Shown piece by piece: positions 10,330-20,718 of a stretch of DNA of 64,000 bases (the stretch's first letter is position 1; each line of letters opens with the position of its first letter). A program made the position numbers and the translations under genes. Location of the stretch: assembly GCA_963717145.1 (NCBI GenBank), contig OY970325.1, positions 4,192,001-4,256,000 of the forward strand, written 5' to 3'. The DNA is from an uncultured Armatimonadetes bacterium. Its GTDB lineage: Bacteria > Armatimonadota > UBA5829 > DTJY01. Under the pieces are notes generated by a model that saw only the letters and a program-made list of their open reading frames with translations, ran no database searches and was not told where the DNA came from.

Positions 10330-10362
10330 GTGCGGAATGTGGAGTGTAGAGTGTAGAGTAAG

Positions 10363-10388
10363 TGGCCGGCCTCAGCGCCGGCCATTTT
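10363..10388 (+). terminator. Intrinsic terminator, preceded by heptamer repeats (GAGTGTA) at 10328-10359
   Basis: tggccggc-N6-gccggcca-tttt. Confidence 0.7.
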
Positions 10389-10418
10389 CATGTCAAACTG
10401 CACACTATGTGACCAATA

Positions 10419-11213
10419 GTGAAGAGACAAAGAGTTAAGACACCGACCCCCTATCAAGATATCAACGATCTGCTCGCCGAATGGATGGAGGGAGCGAAGA
10501 ACATTCTCGGCGTGAATGTGGTCGGTTTGTACTTGTCCGGCTCTCTAACCTACGGCGATTTTATGCCTGGACGAAGCGATATAGATTTGCAGGCCGTGGT
10601 GCATCGCCCGTTGAGCCAAGACGATCTAGAGTCAGTTGAGCATTTGCATAAAGAGTTGAATGAGCGCTATCCGGCGTGGAAAAGCCGTTTGGAATGCTCC
10701 TATGTCCCGCTTGAACTCATGCAGGAAACATTGCCCCCGAAGAATCCCCGGCCGTGGTGGGGTTTTGATACGCTCTACGCGGAAGCTCCGGCAGGCAATG
10801 AGTGGATTATCAATCATTACTTTCTTGCAAAACACGGCGTTGCACTTTTCGGCCCTGATTTCGACACGCTCATTCCTCCCCTCGACATGCGAGAAGTGAA
10901 GAAAGCAAGCGCGCGCGATCTGTTCAAGGAATGGGAGCCGAAAATCAATGATTACGAGTGGCTTTCAGACAGCCATTGTCAAGCGTATATTGTCTTGAAC
11001 ATTTGCCGCATTTTGCATGCGGTCGTTGGCGATGGCCCTGGTTCCAAGAAGGTTGCGGCGAAATGGGTGAAATCAGTCTATCCGCAGTGGATAGACCTGA
11101 TACAGGAAGCTGAGCAGTGGGTATACGGCAAGGAAATGAATCGACAGGCGGAAGCTATAGCCTTCATCAGATTTGCGATTGAGAAAGTGAACCAGACAGA
11201 TCTTCTGAAATGA
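10419..11213 (+). CDS. AadA-like nucleotidyltransferase (aminoglycoside adenylyltransferase C-terminal/DUF4111 type)
   Basis: GLYLSGSL..GDF..RSDIDL NTase motif, VLNICR, SKKVAAKW. Confidence 0.8.
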   Translation: MKRQRVKTPTPYQDINDLLAEWMEGAKNILGVNVVGLYLSGSLTYGDFMPGRSDIDLQAVVHRPLSQDDLESVEHLHKELNERYPAWKSRLECSYVPLELMQETLPPKNPRPWWGFDTLYAEAPAGNEWIINHYFLAKHGVALFGPDFDTLIPPLDMREVKKASARDLFKEWEPKINDYEWLSDSHCQAYIVLNICRILHAVVGDGPGSKKVAAKWVKSVYPQWIDLIQEAEQWVYGKEMNRQAEAIAFIRFAIEKVNQTDLLK

Positions 11214-11223
11214 GTACTCAGCT

Positions 11224-12006
11224 ATGACATATGATTTCAATGGCAGGGATTACCGAAAAGCATCCGACCACCAGAAGGAATGGGGTCAACGCATCATTGC
11301 AGAACTGGGCTTGAACGGGCAGGATCGAATCCTCGACCTCGGATGCGGTGACGGCACGCTCACTTCGAACCTGGCCGATCTCGTGCCTCAGGGTAGCGTA
11401 CTGGGCATAGATGCCTCAGAGGGCATGCTCACTGCTGCTCGGCAGCATGTAAAGCCCAACTTGAGCTTCCGCCTGCAGGACATCAATGAGATCGCCTACT
11501 CCTGCGAGTTCGATATCGTCTTCTCGAATGCGACACTCCACTGGGTCAAGGATCATCGCCGGCTGCTGCGAAACGTAATGCATGCTCTGGCTCGTGGAGG
11601 GATCGTCCGATTCAACTTCGCCGGTGACGGGAACTGCTCGAACTTTTTTGCCGTTGTCCGTGAGGTCATGGCGGATGATCGATTCAGCCCTCATTTCGCT
11701 GATATGGAATGGCCGTGGTATATGCCCGCTTTGGCGGAATATGAAGCGCTGGTGCAGGAATTCCCATTTACCGATGTCCAGGTTTGGGAGGAAAACGCAG
11801 ACCGCTTCTTCCCGGACGCGGAGACGATGACCCGATGGATCGACCAGCCGAGCCTGGTGCCGTTTCTACCGCATCTGCCGTCCGAATCCCAGGGGGAGTT
11901 CCGAGACCTGGTCGTTGATCGAATGATTCGGCTTACGGAGCAGCCGGACGGCAGGTGCTTCGAGACGTTTCGCCGAATCAATCTTCTCGCGCGAAAACAG
12001 CCATGA
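11224..12006 (+). CDS. Class I SAM-dependent methyltransferase (Tam-like)
   Basis: ILDLGCGDG, FDIVFSNATLHWV. Confidence 0.88.
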   Translation: MTYDFNGRDYRKASDHQKEWGQRIIAELGLNGQDRILDLGCGDGTLTSNLADLVPQGSVLGIDASEGMLTAARQHVKPNLSFRLQDINEIAYSCEFDIVFSNATLHWVKDHRRLLRNVMHALARGGIVRFNFAGDGNCSNFFAVVREVMADDRFSPHFADMEWPWYMPALAEYEALVQEFPFTDVQVWEENADRFFPDAETMTRWIDQPSLVPFLPHLPSESQGEFRDLVVDRMIRLTEQPDGRCFETFRRINLLARKQP

Positions 12007-12881
12007 AGAAGATCATGATCACCGGTGGAAGCGGAATGCTCGGGAGCTACGCGGCGACTCGGGCCGCCGCTCAGGGATGGGATGTCACCGCGACGTACTT
12101 CGGCAATCCCGTCGAACTCCCGGGCGTCCGGATGGTGCGCCTCGACCTCGCCGATCCGTGGGACGTGGTAGGGAGCATCTGCCCGGATGTCATCATCCAC
12201 ACGGCCGCGCGGGTCAAGCCGGACGTCTGTGAGGAAGAGAAGCGGCGCGCATTCGACGCCAACGTCATCGGCACGGACAACCTCCTCCGGTCCGCCGAGT
12301 GCGTCCATGCGCATTTCGTCCACGTCTCGACCGACCTCGTCTTCAGCGGCGAGCACAATCCCTACTCCGAAGGCGATCTGCTCAGCCCGCCGAACTATTA
12401 CGGCCTGACCAAGGCCGCCGCCGAAGCAGCCGTTCTCGCCGCCGGGACCGAGACCGCCATCGTCCGCACCTCGATCATCTACGGCCCGAGGATGTCTGCG
12501 CACCTGAACTCGTTCTCGGACAAGATCATCGAGTCGCTCCGGGCCGGAAAGCCGATGACCGCGTTCACCGATCAGCGCCGGTCCCCGATCCCGGCGCGGA
12601 ACCTGGCGGACGTGCTCCTCGAGATCGCGGATCGTCGGCTCACCGGCATCTTCCACGCGGTCTGTCCAGAGTCGAGCGCGCGGTACGACTTCGCGGTCAA
12701 GGTCGCCGAGACCTTCGGCCTCGACGCGTCGCTCATCCGTCCCGCCACGATGGACCAGTTCCCCTCCGCCGCCTTCCGCCCGCACACCATCATCCTCGAC
12801 ACGTCCGCCACCCAGGCGCGTCTGTCCACCCGCCTCCTCGGCTTCGAAGAAGGTATCATGGCACTACTTCAGCGAACGTAA
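12003..12881 (+). CDS. dTDP-4-dehydrorhamnose reductase-like SDR (RmlD family)
   Basis: ITGGSGMLG, VSTDLVFSG, YGLTK. Confidence 0.85.
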   Translation: MKKIMITGGSGMLGSYAATRAAAQGWDVTATYFGNPVELPGVRMVRLDLADPWDVVGSICPDVIIHTAARVKPDVCEEEKRRAFDANVIGTDNLLRSAECVHAHFVHVSTDLVFSGEHNPYSEGDLLSPPNYYGLTKAAAEAAVLAAGTETAIVRTSIIYGPRMSAHLNSFSDKIIESLRAGKPMTAFTDQRRSPIPARNLADVLLEIADRRLTGIFHAVCPESSARYDFAVKVAETFGLDASLIRPATMDQFPSAAFRPHTIILDTSATQARLSTRLLGFEEGIMALLQRT

Positions 12882-12884
12882 TGC

Positions 12885-13022
12885 GTAGGGGCGAAACATT
12901 GGCCGATCATGCTCCACCGAGTGATCGCAGCACATGCCAATGGTTCGCCCCAGACCAGGCGAACCATTGGCGATTGCCAAGGCAGGTCACCGGTATCAGA
13001 TGGGCCAACGTTTCGCCCCTAC
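12885..13022. repeat. Cluster of four REP units upstream of RAYT
   Basis: GTAGGGGCGAAACATTGGCC, GCCAATGGTTCGCCCC, GGCGAACCATTGGC, GGCCAACGTTTCGCCCCTAC. Confidence 0.9.
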
Positions 13023-13041
13023 AGGTAGGTGGGAGGACAAC

Positions 13042-13650
13042 ATGCCGTTTGATCCGGAACATCATCACCGCCGTTCGATCAGGGTGTCAGGCCACGACTA
13101 CACCGTCGGCATGTACTTCGTTACGATGTGTACGCAGGGTCGCCAATGCCTTTTCGGCGAGATCATTGGTGGAACAATGGACTTGAGCCCCGCAGGCAGG
13201 ATTGTGCATGCGTACTGGGAGAGCATACCCAGGCGTTTCCCCCACGTGGTCCCAGATGCCTTTGTGATCATGCCGAATCATCTACACGGGATCCTCTGGT
13301 TCCGAGAACGGGGCGAACCATTGGCGGCTAGATCTGATCAGTTGGTCGACGTTCGAAGGGCCAATGTTTCGCCCCTACACCATGGCGTTGACCGGCGGGC
13401 CAATGTTTCGCCCCTACACGCTACGCCCGACGGAGCCCCTGCCGGTTCGCTCGGAGCTATGATTCAGGGCTTCAAGTCCTCCACGACGATCAGGATCAAC
13501 AGGGTAAACCGCACTCCGGGTCGAACAATATGGCAGCGCAACTACTACGAACACATCGTCCGCAGCGAGAAATCGCTTGATGCCATCCGGCAATACATCG
13601 AGGCCAATCCGACCGGCTGGCTGCACGACCCGGAGTATGTCAACCAGTGA
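13042..13650 (+). mobile_element. rayT: REP-associated tyrosine transposase (RAYT, Y1 HUH)
   Basis: RRSIR..HDY, YFVTMCT, HUH motif MPNHLHGI, WQRNYYEHIVR, YIEANP; flanking and internal REPs. Confidence 0.93.
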
Positions 13651-13663
13651 CATGGAGGAACGT

Positions 13664-14998
13664 ATGCGCACTATCATTACACTGATCGTCTTGATCGTCA
13701 TCACGGTATCGGCCCAGGGGGCGTACCAACCCACGTGGGAATCGATCGATTCGCGGCCCCTGCCGGCGTGGTACGACGACGCCAAGTTCGGCATCTTCAT
13801 CCACTGGGGCGTCTACTCCGTCCCCTCATGGGGGCCGAAGGGCAAGTACTCCGAGTGGTACTGGAACGACATGCAGAACAAGAACGGGGAGACGTGGAAG
13901 TATCATGTCGAGAAGTATGGCGAGAAGTTCCAGTACCAGGATTTCGCTCCGATGTTCAAGGCCGAGCTGTTCAACCCCGACCGGTGGGCCGACATCTTCG
14001 CCCGCTCAGGCGCGAAGTACATCGTCCTGACCTCGAAGCATCACGAGGGATTCTGTCTATGGCCGAGCGCTGAGTCCTGGAACTGGAACAGCGTCGATAT
14101 CGGCCCGCACCGCGACCTCTGCGGTGATCTCTCAGCATCCGTGAAGGCAAAGGGCCTGAGGATGGGTTTCTACTACTCGATGTACGAGTGGTTCAACCCG
14201 ATCTACCGCTCCGATCCCAAGCGCTATGTCGAGCAGCACATGCTTCCCCAGATGAAAGACCTGGTGACGCGGTACCAGCCGTCGCTCGTCTGGACCGACG
14301 GCGAATGGGATCACCCGAGCGACACGTGGCGCAGCACGGAATTCCTCGCATGGCTCTACAACGAGTCGGCGGTCAAGGATGAGGTCGTCGTCGATGATCG
14401 GTGGGGCAAGGGCACTCGCGGCAAACACGGCGGGTTCTACACGACCGAGTATGGCGGCGGTGTTGATAACCCCGCACTCGCAACGCACAAGTGGGAAGAG
14501 TGCCGGGGCATGGGCGCGTCGTTCGGCTACAACCGCAATGAGGACCTGGGCGATTACAGGTCCGCGACCGAGATGATCCACCTGCTCGCAGACCTCGTCA
14601 GCAGGGGCGGAAACCTGCTCCTCGACATCGGCCCGACCGCCGATGGGCGCATTCCAGTCATCATGGAGCAGCGGCTGATCGAGATCGGCGACTGGCTGAA
14701 GGTCAACGGCGAGGCGATCTACGGCACTAGGCCCTGGAGGATCACGTCCGAGAACGACGTCTGGTATACATCCAAGGGCGACACGGTCTACGCGATCGTA
14801 AAGCGTTGGCCGGGCAAGGAACTAGTCCTTAGCGAACCGAGAGCCTCCGCAGGCGCGGCCGTCACGATGCTCGGGGTGGCTCAGCCGCTGAAGTGGAAAA
14901 GTAAGGACGCCATGATGTACATCGAGGTTCCGCAGCTCTCCGTAGATGAAATCCCCTGCCGCCATGCGTATGCCTTCAAGCTCACTGGCGTGGAGTAG
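13664..14998 (+). CDS. Secreted alpha-L-fucosidase (GH29)
   Basis: Signal peptide, AKFGIFIHWGVYSVP, TSKHHEGF, WTDGEW, GGNLLLDIGP. Confidence 0.93.
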   Translation: MRTIITLIVLIVITVSAQGAYQPTWESIDSRPLPAWYDDAKFGIFIHWGVYSVPSWGPKGKYSEWYWNDMQNKNGETWKYHVEKYGEKFQYQDFAPMFKAELFNPDRWADIFARSGAKYIVLTSKHHEGFCLWPSAESWNWNSVDIGPHRDLCGDLSASVKAKGLRMGFYYSMYEWFNPIYRSDPKRYVEQHMLPQMKDLVTRYQPSLVWTDGEWDHPSDTWRSTEFLAWLYNESAVKDEVVVDDRWGKGTRGKHGGFYTTEYGGGVDNPALATHKWEECRGMGASFGYNRNEDLGDYRSATEMIHLLADLVSRGGNLLLDIGPTADGRIPVIMEQRLIEIGDWLKVNGEAIYGTRPWRITSENDVWYTSKGDTVYAIVKRWPGKELVLSEPRASAGAAVTMLGVAQPLKWKSKDAMMYIEVPQLSVDEIPCRHAYAFKLTGVE

Positions 14999-15050
14999 GA
15001 TGTGGAGTGCGGAAGCGAAGTCTCTGGACGGAGCTTCCGCTTTTCCCGAA

Positions 15051-17687
15051 TCACGGCGCTGTAAAGGTGAACGTGTATGCCGAAGCGGTCGTTGCCCACG
15101 CCGGAACCCCATATGGATCATGCCAGTCAACGACACCCTCGTCCAAGGCGACCGTATACTGCAGGCCAGACACAAGTGGAGTCGAGGGCAACATCGCCAT
15201 GTGATAGGTGTGGCTGCCAGGATCATACGAGAAGTTGTCTTTGTCCGCCCAGGCCTCCGCGCTCAAGCGGACCCCTGATCGGTAGATCACAGAGTCCCAA
15301 CCGTTGATTGGACGGTCCCACGTGACGTCAATTGAGTCGCCATCGCATGTGGCCGACAGCACTTGAGGATGCCCGAAATAAGGCGATACAGGGTCGGGCG
15401 ACACTCGATGGAGTGTCACCGGTATCGCGCCGCCGGTGAATGTGTACGTTCCGGCAAGTGTGTCACCGTCAAGGGTCAACGAAAGACTGATCGCACCGAT
15501 CTGGTCGCTAATCACAAAGTGGCCTGTGAGGACGTTCCCATTCATCGCTCCGTCTGCTATAGCAGCACCACGCACGCTGCCTTGGACTGCTGTGCCTTGC
15601 TGAGTGAGAAGCATCCCTACGACGCCTCCCTCCCCAGATGTACCGGTTATCTCCCACCTACCAGTGACGCCATCCGTCGGATTGGAAGCAATCACTCCGA
15701 TGCTTGTGACTCTCAGTAGCCTCGCATGTTCATCGCCCATCTTCTTGATCGAGATGATTCCTGTCACGGCCGCATACTGCCAGGCGGGATTGGCCAGTAT
15801 TGTCGTTGGTGTCACGCAAGTGACCAAGGCGTCTGAGCCGTCGTCGATGGTGAATGTGTGGGCGTCCACGTATGTAAGAGAGCCTGTTATCTTCGCCAGC
15901 AGGCCGATGTTGTTCAAGCCGACTCCGCCCGTGACGCCGATCTGCCCCGCTCCTGTAGGCGAGTCATAGTGCCAGTTGCTGCCGCCGAGAGCTTTGTTAG
16001 TCAGACCGAGAGGCTTGGCATCCACTGTCCATCCCGACGTGTGTGGATCGACCGCCGTGGCCTCGACGTAGCGCTCGCCGGTCGTATCGGTCTTCATGGC
16101 GCCGGTCACCACATACCTCTTCCCGACGCTCACTTCACCGGTCGAGTCGACTCGAATGCCGCACGCCCGCTCGGGACTCGAGATGCCGTCCTGCTGGAGG
16201 TAGAACGAGCCGTCGAACACTGCGCTCACCACTCCACCGCCGATGATCACGGAGAGATCGTTCCCCTTCTTCTTCGCCTGGGAGACGGTGATCGCGGACC
16301 GATCGGCTACCAACGCTTGTGTCGTAGAGAAGAAGTCCGGAACTCCGGCGGGGAGGTGGATCATGGATACAAAGCGGCCGTCTGCGCTCATGAATCCGCC
16401 GGCGTCCCAGCCCGGCAGAGGAGCGCCCTCGCTATCGACACCCAATCTCTCCAGGCCTGTTCCATCCTTGTTTACGATGTATACATCCAGGACTCCGTCG
16501 CCTCCCGGCAGCAGGTCGCCGGCCCAGTTATGGAACGCGATCTTGTTTCCGTCGGCGGAACATGAGGGATCGTTGCTTGTCGCATTGCTCTGGCCGCCCA
16601 GCCAGTTGAGCGAGACCCTCCGGGTAGTGTGAGCGTTCCGATCCCTGACGAACACATCGTTCTGGCCGTTGGTATCGGGCGTGATCGAATCGAGGTTGGT
16701 CGCAAACGAGGAGAATACGACGACCGAACCGTCGTTGCTGATGATCTGGTTGTTGCCCCAGCAGAACCCGTTGCCCTGCTGCCCACTCGTGGAGACTGAC
16801 GCCCTCTCAGTAACCCCTGAGCCATGGTTGGTTGCGTTCACATCTCGCACGAACATGTCGTAGGTGTCGTTGGTGTCGCCGGGAACCAGGTTAGTTGCAC
16901 TGGAGGCGAATGCGACGTGCAGGCCGTCGCCCGATATCCGGGCGGTGATGTCGCTGTCAGGAATGCCGCCTGTGTGGTATATCTCCTGACCGGTGGCCTG
17001 CGCGCCGGACGAAGACAGACTGGCTCTGTAGGTGTTGCCGGCGGGAAGGTCTCTGAGGAACACGTCGGCCGCGCCGTTCGTGTCCCCACTGACCAGATTC
17101 GTGGCCACGGATGCGAACGCGACGTGAGCGCCGTCACTGCTGATGCTGGGATAGCAGCTTACCCCGTTACTCTGCACCTCCGATGACGAGACGGAAACCC
17201 GCTCCGTCGTGTGGTTGACCGTGTCTCTGACGAATATATCTCGGAGTCCATTCACATCACCGCTCACCAGATTGCTCGCCGACGAGGAGAACACCACATA
17301 CCTGCCGTTGCCGCTGATACATGGTTGATCCCATACCTCGTCATCCAGCAGACTGAACTCGCAGGAGGGTCCGTTCGCCTGTCCGCCGGGGTCTCCCGAG
17401 GCGACCGAGACGCGCTCCGTGACGCCGGTTTGGCGGTCGAAGACGAAGACATCCCTCACGCCGTTTGTGTCTCCCGGAACTACGCCGTCTACGTCTGAAA
17501 CGAACACGACGTATCGCCCATCGGCGCTCATGTTGCCGGGGCCGCCGTTGACGGGAACGCCGGTCGAACTCATCGAGACTTGCTCTGTGATAATGGCCGA
17601 CGCACTGCCGGCCAGGATGCACGCCAGCAGCACTGAGACCAGGATCGACAGGCGCAGGCGATCCATTATGCGTACAGGGTGAAACAT
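15051..17687 (-). CDS. Secreted protein: TolB/PD40-like beta-propeller repeats plus C-terminal beta-rich domains
   Basis: Signal peptide; repeated S.DG..V.F.S.A.NLV.GDTN...D.FVRD units; distinct C-terminal half. Confidence 0.8.
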   Translation of the reverse strand: MFHPVRIMDRLRLSILVSVLLACILAGSASAIITEQVSMSSTGVPVNGGPGNMSADGRYVVFVSDVDGVVPGDTNGVRDVFVFDRQTGVTERVSVASGDPGGQANGPSCEFSLLDDEVWDQPCISGNGRYVVFSSSASNLVSGDVNGLRDIFVRDTVNHTTERVSVSSSEVQSNGVSCYPSISSDGAHVAFASVATNLVSGDTNGAADVFLRDLPAGNTYRASLSSSGAQATGQEIYHTGGIPDSDITARISGDGLHVAFASSATNLVPGDTNDTYDMFVRDVNATNHGSGVTERASVSTSGQQGNGFCWGNNQIISNDGSVVVFSSFATNLDSITPDTNGQNDVFVRDRNAHTTRRVSLNWLGGQSNATSNDPSCSADGNKIAFHNWAGDLLPGGDGVLDVYIVNKDGTGLERLGVDSEGAPLPGWDAGGFMSADGRFVSMIHLPAGVPDFFSTTQALVADRSAITVSQAKKKGNDLSVIIGGGVVSAVFDGSFYLQQDGISSPERACGIRVDSTGEVSVGKRYVVTGAMKTDTTGERYVEATAVDPHTSGWTVDAKPLGLTNKALGGSNWHYDSPTGAGQIGVTGGVGLNNIGLLAKITGSLTYVDAHTFTIDDGSDALVTCVTPTTILANPAWQYAAVTGIISIKKMGDEHARLLRVTSIGVIASNPTDGVTGRWEITGTSGEGGVVGMLLTQQGTAVQGSVRGAAIADGAMNGNVLTGHFVISDQIGAISLSLTLDGDTLAGTYTFTGGAIPVTLHRVSPDPVSPYFGHPQVLSATCDGDSIDVTWDRPINGWDSVIYRSGVRLSAEAWADKDNFSYDPGSHTYHMAMLPSTPLVSGLQYTVALDEGVVDWHDPYGVPAWATTASAYTFTFTAP

Positions 17688-17810
17688 TGTGTCCTCCGGG
17701 TGAACCGTTCTGTGAAGATGAGACGCGGATAGTTCAAGTCGCGCCTGATAAGTATAGCAGGCATCTCAGGGGCTAACAACTGGTAATATTACCAGCATTC
17801 AGGCAAGCAA

Positions 17811-17842
17811 TTGGGGCGGGACCTGTACAGGTCCCGCCCCAA
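17811..17842. repeat. Perfect 32-bp palindrome related to the GTTG-type REP family
   Basis: ttggggcgggacctgtacaggtcccgccccaa. Confidence 0.85.
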
Positions 17843-17869
17843 GTTAGAAGGAGGACTCGGAGAGTGTTG

Positions 17870-20343
17870 TTACTTGGTGGGCTTCCCGCCGCCGTATTCG
17901 GGAACGCGGACCTGCTGGACGAAGTCGAGCTTCGAGACCTCCTCCAGCTTCTCGATCGGCACCCAGGCGAGGATCGCCTTCGATGCGGCAGACGACGTCT
18001 TGATCTCGCAGCCGAGGTCCTTGAGCTTCTTGATGTTCGCGGTCGTGACAGACGACGCCCAGATCATCACCTGCGTCTTGCCCGACTCTATCTTCGCCTT
18101 GCAGTCCTTCGGGGCCTTGCCGTCCGTCTTCCAGGCTTCCATCAGCTTCGCGAGTTCGGGATCGAGCTTGACTGATAGCGACCCGATCTCGTCGCCGCCT
18201 GCGTAGAGGTAGCTGGTCCCGGCCGACATCGGGGGGCCGCCGAAGCCGTTGGGGCGGACATGCTGTAGTTCAGGTTTGCAGATGTCGAGGGCGACGGAGC
18301 TGCCAAGCGCGCGCCCTTGGCGATTCCACCGTACGCGCCTATTATCTTGTCATCCCTCTCCCCGAAGATGCCCTCGTAGCTGACTCCCTGAGGCATCTCG
18401 ACCGGCACAGTGATCTTGACCGGCTTGCCACCCTGGGTGACGATCTTCTCCTCGACCGCGACGAACGACGTGTACTGGCTCATCAGGCGGAAGTCGAGCG
18501 CGGCCTTGATGATCGAAGCTTTGATCTGAACATCCGGTTGCCCCTTCTGGATGCCTGCGAGGTCCTGATCCGTCAGGTCACCGATATATGCTCGAGCCCA
18601 CAGGGCAGGCAGTGCCGCATGGCGCACGTCGACAGCGGGCAGGTTGACGTCGATTGTCTGGCTCCACGGTTCGTCACCGCAGCGGCCTCGGACGGTGATC
18701 TTCCCGGCGACCGGCTTCGAATAGCGTCCCTTGATGATGAGGGGCTTCGCGCTGAAGAGGTCGGACGGCGTCTCGGGGTAGATCTGGCGCACATCCAGGC
18801 CGCCCCAATCGACGGTGATGTCGGTGAGCAGCGGGTTGCCGATCCGGTCGCCGAACCGCTTGGCCGATTCACTGCCCGGAGCGCCGAGCGTCACGTATTC
18901 GACCGCGCCCTTGCCGATCTTCGCCATGCCGTCCAGGAGATACCGGTTGACGCTCGATCCGACTCCGAATGAGAAGATCCTGGCCTGGCCGAGGTCCTTC
19001 TTGATCACATCGAGGATCTCCATATCGTTGCCGACATAGCCGTCGGTCATGAAGCAGACGATCCGCACGCGGCTCGGGTCAGCGGGGATGGCGAGCACCT
19101 CTTTGACCGGCTTCAACATCTCCGTCCCGCCGCTGCCCATCCGGTCGCGCAGGAACGTGAGTCCCATGAGCTGATTGTCCGGCGTGTTCGGCTGCGGCGT
19201 ATCGAAGAGCTTCGCCGTATCGTTGGCGAAGCAGATAAGCTGGAAGGTGTCGTCCGGATTCATCTGCCGGATGCAGAGGTCCATCGTCTCCTTCGCCTTC
19301 TCGATCGGCTCGCCCATCATCGAGCCCGAGCAGTCGATGACGAAGATCATCTCCTTGGGGATGATCTGCGAGATCTGCGGCTTGGCAGGCGGCTGGACGA
19401 TCAATGTGAAGAAGCCGTCGCCATCCGCGCGGGTATGTGTCAGCACGCCGGTCTCGATTCCCTTCCCACCGGCGCTGTATCGCAGGATCAAATCCTTGTT
19501 CGGGATGGTATCGTTCTGCCGGAGAGTAACGTCCGCGGCTGACTTACCGTGCCGTTTGACGTCGATCTGGTGCTGCTTCGCGGTGATGTCGGTGATCGGC
19601 GTCCCGGAGTCGATGTGGACTTCGACCGAGATGTCGTGCCCGGCCCGAGTGCCTTTCGCTGTGATCGGCGGGCTGATCTTCGAAGCGTCCGGCACTTCGG
19701 TGGTATCGGGATACATGCCGGTTCCTGACTGGCCGACTGCATTTCCAGGCATGTATCGCGGGCCGACGACCATCGGGAATACGAATTCGTAGTAGCCGTC
19801 CTCGTAGTTGAGCACTTCGAGGTAGCTGATGGTCACGATCACCGTCTCGCCGGGCATGATGTTCGCGACCGACTGAGTGAAGATGTTCGGGCGCTCCTGA
19901 TCGAGGAGGGCGGCGACGTGGCCTTCGTTCTTGGCCTGCTCGTAGATCTTCCTGGCCTCCTCGCGCTCCTTGATGTCGCCCTTGATGGTCCGCTCGCCGA
20001 CCTTCATCTCCATCCAGTCGACGGCGGCCTCATCCGGCAGCGGGAAGACGTAGACGGCCTCGATCTTCTCCTGGGTCGGGTTCACGAACTCCTGGGTGAC
20101 CTTGACCCGCGCGCAGCATCCCGGGATGTCCGCGACGACCGAGGTATGCTTGAGCGGACAAGTGCTCGTCACCTGCCCCTTCGGGCCGACGATCTGCAGT
20201 TCGCCGGACGTGCCGACTCCCGGCGTGATCGGGTCGTCACCCTGTGCGCTCGCGGTTCGGCTGTACTGAACTATCGCGAGGCTGGTGAAGATGAGGATGC
20301 CCAGCAGGATTGTTGCTCTTCTGCGGAAGCTCTTTCTGTTCAT
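17870..20343 (-). CDS. Secreted VIT + vWA domain protein (apparent frameshift at ~18233)
   Basis: VIT (EAVYVFPLP, LLDQERPNIF), MIDAS DCSGS/TDG; adding one base to the G6 run at 18231-18236 joins ORF 17870-18229. Confidence 0.85.
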
Positions 20344-20380
20344 GATGTCGTAGACCTCCTTGAGGACGATGTTCTGTGAG

Positions 20381-20410
20381 TTATGACCCGGTATGGGACG
20401 GAAACCTTCA
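20381..20410 (-). promoter_or_regulatory. Candidate ECF promoter upstream of the VIT/vWA gene
   Basis: TGAAGGTT-N15-GTCATAA, matching the site upstream of the ECF gene at 23923. Confidence 0.5.
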
Positions 20411-20421
20411 AATGTGGCTAC

Positions 20422-20573
20422 CCTTGAAAACGCTGGTTCGGGCGGATTTGCAATCCAGCCCGCATTGGCAATCCGGGGATCTGTGATCCCGCGACGCCCC
20501 GGATGGCATCAGAGATGCCGGCTTGCCACCGGGTGCTGGACTGCAAATCCGCACCAACCGGCGTTTTCATAGG
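20422..20573. repeat. MITE/REP-like element with terminal inverted repeats and internal hairpins
   Basis: tgaaaacgctggtt ... aaccggcgttttca; gcggatttgcaatccagc / gctggactgcaaatccgc. Confidence 0.75.
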
Positions 20574-20624
20574 AATGCCGTGGTACAACGATGAGACGTT
20601 GTGGAGAGCAGGGAAGTTACACTC

Positions 20625-20718
20625 GGGAGGGCGAGGCTCCGTCCGAGCCGCGGGGTGGCGGAGGCATATGGTGGTCTCAGCCACCCCGCGGCTCGGACGG
20701 AGCCTCGCCCTCCCCTAC
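20625..20718. repeat. REP-like 35-bp inverted pair; its GTAG supplies the stop codon of the adjacent gene
   Basis: gggagggcgaggctccgtccgagccgcggggtggc / gccaccccgcggctcggacggagcctcgccctccc. Confidence 0.9.

Noticed and set aside
18231-18236. Programmed ribosomal frameshifting at the broken genes
   Set aside because: No canonical slippery heptamers; the pattern fits sequencing indels
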